From positions 133,697-197,696 of the forward strand of contig JAQVCV010000001.1 of NCBI GenBank assembly GCA_028689615.1: a stretch of DNA of 64,000 nt, in the 5' to 3' direction. The notes under the pieces were generated by a model. That model worked only from the letters and a program-made list of their open reading frames with translations, was not told where the DNA came from and did no database searches. This stretch comes from Bacteroidales bacterium. GTDB lineage: Bacteria > Bacteroidota > Bacteroidia > Bacteroidales > TTA-H9. Each line of letters opens with the position of its first letter. Positions within the stretch are counted from its first letter, which is position 1. A program made the translations under genes and the position numbers. Below, one piece after another: positions 16,454 through 25,480 of the stretch.

Positions 16454-17812
16454 CTATTTGTTTTGCAACAATGCTTTCAATTCGTTGATTTGATTTTGCT
16501 GTTGTTCTATGGTTTTTTGCTGTTGAATCATATATAAGGTGAGTTCTTCAACTTTTTTTAGCAGGGTGGCTTGCATTTCGCCCACAGCTATTCCTTCACT
16601 TGCAACCTCTTTGGCTGATGGCACGTCGGGAAGGCGGCCGTTTGTGGTAACAAACCTTTCAACTTCCGACAATGCTGGCAGATTATACTGGGGAGAGAAC
16701 ACATAATCGGGCCATGGTGACGACACCTCGACTTTAATCTCCTTGCATCCAATAACTCCATTTACAGCTAAGGTGTAATCGAAGGTATTGCTTGTGTTTA
16801 TGCCCACCTTTAATTTATCGGTATATATACCACCTATGCCGTTGTTGATCCAATATTGAGGAAACAAGGTTGCGGCATCGGTCCAATTCCCATAACCCGC
16901 GCGATCGCTAATCAAGATTTTGCCTTCATCAGCATTTGTTCGCAATTGGAAGGTATCGGTAACCATTCGAGGGGCAGCTATCAATTTTGAGGCACCCACT
17001 ATGGCAGTAGTTATAGTATTGTGCACAACAGCATATTTACTGATGATTTCTCCAGTAGGATTGATAACGAAGGCCAAATTGGATGAGTAACCCGGAATTT
17101 CTCCTATCGGCTCCCCCTCCCCTTTTTCGATGGGATTTGTAATATCTCTCAAAGCCCAGAATTTGAAACATGAAGCTTCAGCGGAGTTAACAAAGTTGAC
17201 CGATTTCATTCGCTTTGGGTCAAAGCGAACAACAATGCTGTCACCTGATCCGATTTGTAACTGGGTTAAAGGGGCTGTATCTAAGCCGATACCCAGTTTA
17301 TCAGTGAATACTCCATTGCCAACCACCTGAAGAGTGGTAGCAGGCACATTGTCGGAGCCAATACCTAATTTTCCAGAAAATATACCATTCCCTGACACAT
17401 GCAGTGAAGCCGCAGGCTGAAAAGCCGCCGTGCCGCCAATGGCGGTTTTCGAACCAAAATAGTTCACATAGTTGCTCCCTGTTTGATACAATCCGTATGA
17501 AGAACCGACGTTTAATACCTCGAAGGAGAATAATGGGCTAGATAACCTAAGTCCTTTGGTGTTATTTGTACCGTCAACTTTTAGATCTAAGAGAAAGTCA
17601 GTACTACTAAAAGTGCTGGGGTTGTATGGGAATAACAAACGGGGAGGGTAACCCGACATACCATTATAATACTCATACAATTTTGTATCAACATAGGTGG
17701 CAGGGGTGGTTTTCTTTTGTATCAGACCACTTGTCTGTCCAAAGAGCAACTGGTTAGAACACAACAACAATGCGGCAAGGATACCTGCACAAACTTTTAC
17801 TTCTTTTTTCAT
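16454..17812 (-). CDS. Secreted tail-fibre-like protein with Bacteroidota-type C-terminal WPDYVF / coiled-coil domain
   Basis: Signal peptide present. Repeats LHVSGNGIFSGKLGIGSDNVP / LQVVGNGVFTDKLGIGLDTAP. C-terminus SSPWPDYVFSPQYNLPALSEVERFVTTNGRLPDVPSAKEV...LLKKVEELTLYMIQQQ. Confidence 0.75.
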   Translation of the reverse strand: MKKEVKVCAGILAALLLCSNQLLFGQTSGLIQKKTTPATYVDTKLYEYYNGMSGYPPRLLFPYNPSTFSSTDFLLDLKVDGTNNTKGLRLSSPLFSFEVLNVGSSYGLYQTGSNYVNYFGSKTAIGGTAAFQPAASLHVSGNGIFSGKLGIGSDNVPATTLQVVGNGVFTDKLGIGLDTAPLTQLQIGSGDSIVVRFDPKRMKSVNFVNSAEASCFKFWALRDITNPIEKGEGEPIGEIPGYSSNLAFVINPTGEIISKYAVVHNTITTAIVGASKLIAAPRMVTDTFQLRTNADEGKILISDRAGYGNWTDAATLFPQYWINNGIGGIYTDKLKVGINTSNTFDYTLAVNGVIGCKEIKVEVSSPWPDYVFSPQYNLPALSEVERFVTTNGRLPDVPSAKEVASEGIAVGEMQATLLKKVEELTLYMIQQQKTIEQQQNQINELKALLQNK

Positions 17813-17844
17813 AAGGTTTTAAAATTTTGAGATGATTCGTGCTG

Positions 17845-17852
17845 CAAACGTA
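17845..17852 (-). promoter_or_regulatory. Bacteroidota-type -7 promoter box (TAnnTTTG)
   Basis: Minus-strand TACGTTTG about 33 nt upstream of ATG 17812. Confidence 0.4.
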
Positions 17853-17892
17853 CAATATTTTTTTAAAACTGCAAGATTCCCGAAAAAAACTT

Positions 17893-17900
17893 TAGTTTTG
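17893..17900 (+). promoter_or_regulatory. Bacteroidota-type -7 promoter box (TAnnTTTG)
   Basis: TAGTTTTG 15 nt upstream of ATG 17916. Divergent from the box at 17845. Confidence 0.4.
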
Positions 17901-17915
17901 TCGAAAAAAAATTCC

Positions 17916-19604
17916 ATGATTACACACCATCTTTCTTTAACATTGAGTTTGAACAGTCTTTTTCGTTGCTTTGCAAGCTGCTGTTCAATATTTTTTCTTT
18001 TCGCCTTTACCCCAAACACAAAGCTTTTGGCCCAAACCCCCATCCCCTTCACCGAAACCTGGGAATCGGGCAGTTTTGAAACCAACGGGTGGACCGTTTC
18101 GCAGGGAAGCGGACAGTGTGCGGTTGTCAACCAGGGTTCACCGGGCAGCAATTGGTCGGCGGGCTTCACTCTGGCTGCAGGTGTACCGGCCGGCGACTCG
18201 GTAGCTTTACTCTCGCCGTGGATTGATGCCCAACAGGCTACCGACGGGTTGCTGGTGCTGGCATTCGACTACAAACTGCTGAACCCCGACAGCACCCAAT
18301 GGCCGCTGCTGAAAATGTATGGCGATGCAGGCAACGGTTGGGTGAAGCTCTACGAGCTCACCTACGACGCTTCGCTCGACTGGAGGGAGTTGAAGGCCGA
18401 TCTCCCCATGGCTAAAGGGCAACAGGTGCGCCTGATGTGGGTGGCCGCGAAAGAATCGGACACCGCCGCGGGGCAATGGTTTATCGACAACATCAGCCTG
18501 GCTCAACCGCAATCCACCCCTGTTATCAACCTCGCTGCATGGGCCATCAACCAACCCGAGGCTTACAAGGCGGAACTCAACTGGAACAAACCAGTTGTCA
18601 ACCCTTTGGCGGAGCCGCTTCGCGATTCAACGCTAAGCTATTTTAACCTATATCTTCCTATGTATAATGGTATGCTTTACCAGTACACCGGCACCGGAGT
18701 TGGTATCTTTTTCGACAACAAAACTTATCAATCTTCTATACTCTCGGAAGTTAGTTTTTTCTATAAATATCCTCCCGGAGAATTTTCAGGCCGGTCAAGT
18801 TTCAGGGTTCAACTGATGAACCTCGAAACACGCCAATTGGTTGGAACCTTCGGCCCCTTCACCACCAGTTATGCCCAGGGGTGGCAACACATACCCCTGA
18901 ACCTGACCCAGATGCCACAGGTTGATTCGCTGGCAGTGCTCATCGAACCGCTTACTGAATATAATTTCAGCAGAGGAAATTCAAACCAGCCCGGAGTTGC
19001 CTTTTGGGAAGATTATACCTACCCCTACCAACACTCCATTGCAATCAGTTTGTATGACACGAGTTATATACTTATCTCAAATTTTGGTGAGCTGATTATG
19101 GAACTCACCCTGCTCACCCCCGATGGCCGGCAGACAACGGTTTCGCCCTCCTCTTACTCGGTAAACCGCTGGCAACAAAGCCTGCCGCTGCAATACCTCC
19201 CCATGGCCACGGTTGACAGCAACACCACCCAATGGTTCGACACCCAGGTGGAACGGGGCTGGTACAGCTACTTTGTCACGGCCAACTATGCCGATGGTTC
19301 CTCGCTCAACAGCGACACGGTGGCCGTGGAGATGCCCTCGGGACAGGGGTTGGTGGAGCCTTCCGCCGGTTTGCCCAACGTGGCTCCCAACCCGGTGCAG
19401 GGCAGGGTGCTGAGGCTGTCGGATGCAAATCAGGCTGTTTCGATAAAGGTTACCGATCTTTTGGGAAGAACCATCGCGGAAACAACCTCTCAGACTCTGC
19501 TCGTGAACGGACTGCCGCTGCCCCAAATCAACACGGGCTGCTTTCTGGCTCATATCACGCTGGCCAATGGGCAAACCGTTTGCCGTAAATTTGTGGTTCA
19601 GTAA
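17916..19604 (+). CDS. T9SS cargo protein (choice-of-anchor-J-like N-terminus, type-A C-terminal sorting domain)
   Basis: Start at MITHHLSL...FLFAFTPNTKLLAQ. PFTETWESGSFETNGWTV near the N-terminus. C-terminus VAPNPVQGRVLRL...VTDLLGRTIAE...GCFLAHITLANGQTVCRKFVVQ. Confidence 0.85.
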   Translation: MITHHLSLTLSLNSLFRCFASCCSIFFLFAFTPNTKLLAQTPIPFTETWESGSFETNGWTVSQGSGQCAVVNQGSPGSNWSAGFTLAAGVPAGDSVALLSPWIDAQQATDGLLVLAFDYKLLNPDSTQWPLLKMYGDAGNGWVKLYELTYDASLDWRELKADLPMAKGQQVRLMWVAAKESDTAAGQWFIDNISLAQPQSTPVINLAAWAINQPEAYKAELNWNKPVVNPLAEPLRDSTLSYFNLYLPMYNGMLYQYTGTGVGIFFDNKTYQSSILSEVSFFYKYPPGEFSGRSSFRVQLMNLETRQLVGTFGPFTTSYAQGWQHIPLNLTQMPQVDSLAVLIEPLTEYNFSRGNSNQPGVAFWEDYTYPYQHSIAISLYDTSYILISNFGELIMELTLLTPDGRQTTVSPSSYSVNRWQQSLPLQYLPMATVDSNTTQWFDTQVERGWYSYFVTANYADGSSLNSDTVAVEMPSGQGLVEPSAGLPNVAPNPVQGRVLRLSDANQAVSIKVTDLLGRTIAETTSQTLLVNGLPLPQINTGCFLAHITLANGQTVCRKFVVQ

Positions 19605-19667
19605 AAACAAACACCCGTGAGCAACATTACACAAAAGGCTGGAATGGGTAGTTCAGGGGATTACTAC

Positions 19668-19745
19668 ATTTCTCCTATAAATCGTTGTTAAAAACAGAAC
19701 TGAACTTATGGGTGATTCGCTGACTTGATTTTCAAATCTTCGAAC
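19668..19745 (+). repeat. Divergent copy of the TTTCTCCTATAAATCC repeat family
   Basis: atttctcctataaatcgttgttaaaaacagaactgaacttatgggtgattcgctgacttgattttcaaatcttcg aligns with the 50972 consensus. Confidence 0.75.
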
Positions 19746-19750
19746 TTGTG

Positions 19751-20284
19751 CACCCGCGCTTCGCTCTGGTGTTTTTTTTAACCGCTAAAACCGCAAAGAT
19801 AACTTCTCGCCAAGATCGCCAAGATGTAGGACTCGGATTTTGGGACCGCTAAGGCACTTCGTGCTGACTGCACTCGCTATACCCGTTAGCATTAGCGTCC
19901 GATAGATGACGCAGGCATCTCCGCGGTCTTAACAATACCCGTCGAAGAATTTTAGCGTTCTTAGCGTCTTGTCTTCGCGCTCTTAGCGGTAAAAGAATAC
20001 CCGTCTCTTGCAGGAAACAGCTTTCATCACCCGCGCTTCGCGCTGGTGTTTTTTTACCGCAAAGATCGCCAAGGTAGCTTCCCGCTAAGATCGCCAAGAT
20101 GTTGGACTCGGATTTTGGGACCGCTAAGGCACTTCGTGCTGACTGCACTCGCTATACCCGTTAGCATTAGCGTCCAGCAGATGACGCAGGCATCTCCGCG
20201 GTCTTAACAATACCCGTCGGAAAATCTTAGCGTTCTTAGCGTCTTGTCTTAGCGAGCTTTGCGGTGAAAGAATGCCCGACCAGC
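19751..20284. repeat. Two tandem copies of a ~267-bp unit
   Basis: Both units begin cacccgcgcttcg (19751 and 20018). The central ~160 bp (ggactcggattttgggaccgctaaggcacttcgtgctgactgcactcgctatacccgttagcattagcgtcc...) is nearly identical in both. Confidence 0.9.
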
Positions 20285-20420
20285 AAACACTTAGCCGGAT
20301 TTTTTATTTCGCCCCTTCAGGGCTCTCTCTCCTCATGGAACCCTGCGCATCGTGGGGTTTCACCCCACGCTGACGTATGGGGCCCTTTCAGGGCTGCTTC
20401 GCGAGGTGCAAGAGTCAATT

Positions 20421-20530
20421 CATGACTTTGTTTCTGCTGTTAAGCCTCTTAAAACAGACCTGAACTAACCGATAATCCACTGGTTCGATTTTTAATCGTC
20501 TGTGGGTAATGCTGTTTCATGCATTTTTGA
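20421..20530 (+). repeat. Copy of the TTTCTCCTATAAATCC repeat family (divergent 5' end)
   Basis: ...aaaacagacctgaactaaccgataatccactggttcgatttttaatcgtctgtgggtaatgctgtttcatgcatttttg aligns with the 50972 consensus. Confidence 0.75.
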
Positions 20531-20550
20531 CATTAAAAAGTTGCTTTATC

Positions 20551-20949
20551 GCAACTCGGAAGCTGTGTAAAGAGACTTTGCAACTAGGGAAAGAGACTCG
20601 GGAGCTGTGGAACGAGACTCGGGAGCTGTGGAACGAGACTCGGGAGCTGTGGAACGAGACTCGGGAGCTGTGGAACGAGACTCGGGAGCTGTGGAACGAG
20701 ACTCGGGAGCTCTGGAACGAGACCCGGGAGCTCTGGAAAGAGACTCGGGAGCTGTGGAACGAGACTCGGGAGCTCTGGAAAGAGACCCGGGAGCTCTGGA
20801 AAGAGACTCGGGAGCTGTGGAACGACACTCGGGAACTGTGGAACGACACTCGGGAACTGTGGAACGACACTCGGGAGCTGTGGAACGACACTCGGGAGCT
20901 GTGGAACTGTCGCTTCCTGAAATTACTTTGTCGCTTCCTGAAATTACTT
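20551..20949. repeat. 21-bp satellite: 17 units of GAGACTCGGGAGCTGTGGAAC-type plus 2 units of TGTCGCTTCCTGAAATTACTT
   Basis: Units counted by hand: 20551-20907 is 17 x 21 bp, with 3 variant classes in blocks. 20908-20949 is 2 x 21 bp. There are no spacers between units. Confidence 0.95.
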
Positions 20950-21186
20950 GACAGATTTAAACTAAAAAACTGTAATTATTGGCAAATCTAAAACATCTTT
21001 CTGAGTTATTCAGGATTTTAAATTGATATTCCTGAAAACAGCAGCGAGGTGATGGTATTTACTGGTTTGATATTCATATTTTTTCAAGTTCCTGTTTTGG
21101 ATATTTTCCTGTTCTATTTTCCTGATTTAATATCACAATTGAATGTGTTTTCCTGTTCAATCATTTTTTCTGGAATCATTTTCCTG
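20914..21186 (+). repeat. Cluster of eight same-orientation TTCCTG motifs
   Basis: TTCCTG at 20914, 20935, 21029, 21089, 21106, 21119, 21150 and 21181, usually as TTTTCCTG(T/A), plus a variant TTTCTGG near 21168. Confidence 0.8.
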
Positions 21187-21349
21187 TAATGCCAAAATCA
21201 ATCTAAAGGGCTTAGCGGGGCAAGGATTTTTAGAAAAAATACTGCCCCGTCAAGGAGTCGACTTCTCCTGCCGTGTAGCAAGTGGTTGAACACAGCCAAA
21301 TCTCAGGTATTCAGCACCGGGCCCATCGCGGCTATCCTCTAACTGCCCA

Positions 21350-22867
21350 TCAAACCCCTCTCACCAGGGCATCGGGGATGTTAAGAGGCACACGACGCAG
21401 GAATCCAACTGTTTTTGCAATATCGGTAAACAAAACCCTGTCGTTTTCAACGAAAGGGACCTCGGCACGGTAGGCAGCCACGAAATTCTCGATAAAAGGC
21501 GACGATTGTGCAGGCCTGCGGAACTCCAAAGCCTGAGCAGCGTTCATCAACTCGATGGCCAAAATTTTCTCGAGGTTGACAACCACTTTCAACAATTTGG
21601 TAGCGGCATTAGCCCCCATGCTCACGTGGTCTTCCTGGCCTTGCGACGATTCGATAGAATCGACCGAAGCCGGAGTGCATAGTTGTTTGTTTTGACTCAC
21701 GATGCTGGCTGCGGCATACTGAGGAATCATGAAGCCGGAATTGAGCCCCGGGGTGGCCACCAAAAATCCAGGCAATCCGCGTTTGCCTGCAATAAGCTGG
21801 TAGGTTCTGCGCTCGCTGATATTGCCCAGTTCAGCAAGTGCAATGGCCAGGAAATCCATAGCAAGCGCAATGGGTTCGCCGTGAAAATTGCCCCCGCTGA
21901 TGATCAGGTCTTCCTCCGGGAAAACGGTAGGATTGTCGGTAACGGCATTGATCTCTTCCGAGAAAACTTTTGCTACATGGTTGATGGTATCTTTCACTGC
22001 TCCATGCACCTGCGGGATGCACCGGAACGAATAGGGATCCTGCACATGTTCTTTATGCCTTTCGATAAGTTGTGAACCGTTCAGAATGTCGCTGAAACGT
22101 CGGGCAGTGCTGATCTGTCCCTGATGCCCTCTGATCTGGTGAAGCAGATGGTTGAAGGGTTCGATGCGTCCGTCAAAAGCATCGAGCGATAAAGCACCGA
22201 TTATGTCGCTCAGGATCGAGAGCCTGAACGACTTCAGGAGGCTGTAAACCCCGAAAGCACTCATAAACTGGGTTCCGTTGAGCAGAGCCAGCCCCTCTTT
22301 CGATTGCAGCGCGAGGGGTTGCCATCCCATTTGCTGCAACGCTTGCGAAGCCGCCATCTTCTCCCCGTTCATCCTCACTTCACCCAAACCCAGCAACGGG
22401 AGCGACAGATGAGCCAACGGGGCCAGATCGCCCGAAGCACCAAGCGAACCCTGCTCGTAAACCACGGGCAAAACATCGTGATTGTAGAAATCGAGAAGCC
22501 GCTCAACAGTGGCCACCTGCACCCCGCTGCGACCATAAGCGAGCGATTGAACCTTGAGCAAAAGCATGAGCCTTACAACTTCGGCAGGGGCTTCGTCGCC
22601 CATACCGCAAGCGTGCGACATCACGAGGTTGGTTTGCAATTGCGAAAGCTGCTCGCGCGAAATACTGTGGTTGCACAACGACCCAAAACCGGTGTTGATG
22701 CCATAGATAGGGCCATCGTGGCTGGCCATCTTACGGTCAAGATAGTCGCGGCAGGAAGCCACGCGGCTTCTCGATTCAGCCGAAAGCACCACGCGCTGGC
22801 TTTCGTTGATGATATTAAACAAATCGTTGAAAGTGAGTTTCTCGGGACTTATTGTATAGGTTTTCAT
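21350..22867 (-). CDS. hutH: Histidine ammonia-lyase
   Basis: 505 aa. GINTGFGSLC, MIO-forming GSLGASGDLAPLAHL, and NLVMSHACG (the Ser-His pair is typical of HAL rather than TAL/PAL, from memory). Confidence 0.9.
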   Translation of the reverse strand: MKTYTISPEKLTFNDLFNIINESQRVVLSAESRSRVASCRDYLDRKMASHDGPIYGINTGFGSLCNHSISREQLSQLQTNLVMSHACGMGDEAPAEVVRLMLLLKVQSLAYGRSGVQVATVERLLDFYNHDVLPVVYEQGSLGASGDLAPLAHLSLPLLGLGEVRMNGEKMAASQALQQMGWQPLALQSKEGLALLNGTQFMSAFGVYSLLKSFRLSILSDIIGALSLDAFDGRIEPFNHLLHQIRGHQGQISTARRFSDILNGSQLIERHKEHVQDPYSFRCIPQVHGAVKDTINHVAKVFSEEINAVTDNPTVFPEEDLIISGGNFHGEPIALAMDFLAIALAELGNISERRTYQLIAGKRGLPGFLVATPGLNSGFMIPQYAAASIVSQNKQLCTPASVDSIESSQGQEDHVSMGANAATKLLKVVVNLEKILAIELMNAAQALEFRRPAQSSPFIENFVAAYRAEVPFVENDRVLFTDIAKTVGFLRRVPLNIPDALVRGV

Positions 22868-23288
22868 AACGAATTAAATGAATTCAAAAAAATGAATGAA
22901 AAAAACAAGGCACCCATCTTGTGCAAACGACAAGTTAGGTTAAACCAGAAAGTAACAGAAAGAAATGCTGTTGACACTGCGCCCTTAGCGCGAGCAGAGA
23001 CAGGTGCGGTTCACCTTGATTTTGTATTTCAACAGAAACGAGTGCATCGGGTTGCAAAAGTATCAAATCTGGCTGGTATAAAAAAAACCAGAGTCAAGCT
23101 CAAAGCACAAGTGCTGCATAAACAGCGGGCTGCCAAAAGACTATAAGCAACCGGCAAGGCTGCCATGCCCCCCAACCCAGAGGTCATCAGGAGGCCAAAC
23201 CACCCACACCAGGCAACCGTTAGCCCTCGTTGGCACAATTTAACTACCTCCTTAACCTTTTTTTGCAATCACAAGGCAATTTTTCCCC

Positions 23289-23296
23289 TACTTTTG
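23289..23296 (+). promoter_or_regulatory. Bacteroidota-type -7 promoter box (TAnnTTTG)
   Basis: TACTTTTG about 42 nt upstream of ATG 23339. Confidence 0.3.
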
Positions 23297-23338
23297 ACGT
23301 CTGATTCCAACCTTTGAAGGAAACCAATTGTTGAATAG

Positions 23339-25480
23339 ATGAAACTCAATTTTATAGATATGCTGAAAAGTATCGTTCGCTACAGCCTGGCCCTGGGTCT
23401 GCTGTTGCAGGTTGCAAGTTGCTCGGGGCAATCGCGGGTCAACGAGCAGAAAAAGGAACTGGTGATGATTGACCTTGTGAAGCGCACCATCGAACAAGCC
23501 CACTACGACCCCAAGGAGTTCAACGACGAATTCTCGAAAGAGGCCTTCGACGAGTACTTCAAGCAACTCGATGTATTCAAGCGCTTTTTCACCCAGGACG
23601 ACATCAAATCGCTTCGCAAATACGAAACACTGCTCGACGATGAGTTGAAGGCCTACGACTTCAATTTCTTCAATGCCACCAACGAGATGTATGTCAACAA
23701 CATTGCCCGTGCCAACAAGATGTGCTTCGAGATTCTGGAGAAACCCTTCGATTTCAACGTGAAAGAGAGCTACGAACTCGACCCCGACAAACGCTCTTAC
23801 CCCAAAAACGAGAAAGAACTTTACGAAGCCTGGCGCCTGTCGCTCAAATACGAAGTGATCACCCGGCTGGCCTCGCTGGTTGAGGCTCAGGAAAAGAAAA
23901 AGTTCGATCCCGAAAAGAAAGAGGGCAACCCCAAAACCCTGGCCGAACTCGAAGCCGAAGCCCGCGAAAAGGTCACCAAGCGCTACAAAGACTGGTTTCA
24001 CGAACTCGACAAACTTGAGCGCGCCGACCGCCTGGCCGACTACGTGAACTCCCTCATGGCCGTGCTCGATCCCCACTCCAACTTCTTCCCCCCGAAAGAG
24101 AAAGAAGACTTCGACATCAACTTCTCGGGTCAGCTCCAGGGCATTGGAGCCACCCTCACCCAACGCGACGGCTACATCACGGTGGCCAACATCGTGCCCG
24201 GAAGCCCGTCGTGGAAACAAGGCGAACTGGCCGTTGACGACAAAATCATCAAAGTGGCCCAGGGCGATGAAGAGGCAGTTGACGTGGTTGACATGCGCCT
24301 CGACAAAGCCGTGCGCCTCGTGCGCGGGAAAAAAGGGACCAAGGTGCGCCTCACCATCCGAAAAGTTGACGGCACCGAAAAAGAGATCTCCATCGTGCGC
24401 GACCTGGTGATCATCGAAGAAACCTACGCCAAGTCAGCCATCCTCACCGATTCGCTCACCGGCCGCAAAACCGGCTACATCTACCTCCCCTCGTTTTATG
24501 CCAACTTCGACGACCCCAACGGTCGCAGTTCATCAGAAGACATGAAAAAAGAGGTCATCAAACTCAAAGAACAGGGCGTTTCGGGCATTGTGCTCGACCT
24601 GCGTGGCAATGGTGGCGGATCGCTGCAGGATGCCATCGAGATTGCAGGCCTCTTCATCAACACAGGCCCCGTGGTGCAGGTAAAAGCCCGCTACGGCAAA
24701 CCCCAGGTATATGGCGACCCGGCACCCGGCGTGGTTTACGACGGTCCGCTGGCCATCATGATCAACCCCATGAGCGCATCGGCATCAGAAATCCTGGCCG
24801 CGGCCATGCAAGACCACCATCGCGCCGTAATTGTCGGCAGCACTTCGTTTGGTAAAGGCACCGTGCAACGCTTCTTCAACCTCGACGACATGGCCCGCGG
24901 CTACGACGACGTGAAACCCCTGGGAGCCTTGAAGGTTACCATCCAGAAATTCTACCGCATCAACGGCGGGGCAACCCAACTCAAAGGGGTAAGCCCCGAC
25001 ATAACCATGCCCGACATGTATGCACACCTCGACGTGGGCGAACGCGACCTCGACCACCCCATGCCCTGGACCGAAATAGACAAAGCCCCCTTTCAACCCC
25101 TCCCCTACCAAACCCTTTTCGGACAACTGAACGCCGCCAGCCAGAAACGCCAAAGCGCCGACACCATCTTCCAACTGGAAGAGGAGAACGCCCTGCGCCT
25201 CAAAGCTCAACGCGACCGCACCCTCATGCCCTTAGATATGGCCACCTTCAGAGAAGAGAAAGAGAAGGCCGAAACCACCGCCAAACGCTACAGCAAAATT
25301 GACGAAGTGGTGATGCCCCTGCTGGTTGCCCCCCTCAACGACGACCTGAACGCCGCCGATACAGGCCGCCGCGAAATTGTGAAACGGTGGGTGAAAAACC
25401 TCCGCACCGACAATTACCTCTACGAAACCACCCGAATCCTCAGCGACTGGAACACGTTTGGGGTGGCACGGAAAGAATAG
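23339..25480 (+). CDS. ctp: Carboxy-terminal processing (tail-specific) peptidase, family S41
   Basis: 713 aa with lipoprotein-like signal ...LLLQVASCSG. PDZ-like GIGATLTQRDGYITVANIVPGSPS. LDLRGNGGGSL, ASASEILAAAMQD and FGKGTVQ. Confidence 0.9.
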   Translation: MKLNFIDMLKSIVRYSLALGLLLQVASCSGQSRVNEQKKELVMIDLVKRTIEQAHYDPKEFNDEFSKEAFDEYFKQLDVFKRFFTQDDIKSLRKYETLLDDELKAYDFNFFNATNEMYVNNIARANKMCFEILEKPFDFNVKESYELDPDKRSYPKNEKELYEAWRLSLKYEVITRLASLVEAQEKKKFDPEKKEGNPKTLAELEAEAREKVTKRYKDWFHELDKLERADRLADYVNSLMAVLDPHSNFFPPKEKEDFDINFSGQLQGIGATLTQRDGYITVANIVPGSPSWKQGELAVDDKIIKVAQGDEEAVDVVDMRLDKAVRLVRGKKGTKVRLTIRKVDGTEKEISIVRDLVIIEETYAKSAILTDSLTGRKTGYIYLPSFYANFDDPNGRSSSEDMKKEVIKLKEQGVSGIVLDLRGNGGGSLQDAIEIAGLFINTGPVVQVKARYGKPQVYGDPAPGVVYDGPLAIMINPMSASASEILAAAMQDHHRAVIVGSTSFGKGTVQRFFNLDDMARGYDDVKPLGALKVTIQKFYRINGGATQLKGVSPDITMPDMYAHLDVGERDLDHPMPWTEIDKAPFQPLPYQTLFGQLNAASQKRQSADTIFQLEEENALRLKAQRDRTLMPLDMATFREEKEKAETTAKRYSKIDEVVMPLLVAPLNDDLNAADTGRREIVKRWVKNLRTDNYLYETTRILSDWNTFGVARKE

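Noticed and set aside
19849-20148. 99-aa minus-strand ORF spanning the 267-bp tandem duplication
   Set aside because: It is built from the repeated units themselves (word-rich repeat DNA) and has no start context or domain.
20551-20949. CRISPR array interpretation of the 21-bp repeats (and likewise of the heptamer arrays at 3303-3640)
   Set aside because: The units are contiguous with no unique spacers. The unit length is below typical CRISPR repeats.
20509-20991. Three long ORFs (160, 124 and 114 aa) over the 21-bp satellite, one reading (ETRELWN)n
   Set aside because: They exist only because a stop-free 21-mer is repeated 17 times. All frames on both strands are open, and there is no start context, promoter box or non-repetitive flanking domain.
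21350-22867. Tyrosine/phenylalanine ammonia-lyase or aminomutase instead of HAL
   Set aside because: The selectivity position reads Ser-His (NLVMSHACG), as in histidine ammonia-lyases. TAL and PAL carry His-Leu and Phe-Leu there (from memory). This was not verified by alignment.
22868-23338. Possible ncRNA or small membrane protein (79-aa ORF 23029-23268) in the 470-bp hutH-ctp divergent intergenic region
   Set aside because: I could not find RNase P, SRP, 6S or riboswitch signatures, or a convincing start for the ORF. The region is left unannotated apart from a candidate -7 box.
23288-24220. 310-aa ORF antisense to ctp
   Set aside because: It lies entirely inside and opposite a strongly supported S41 peptidase gene. 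Its composition (V/E/G/F-rich) is typical of antisense translation.
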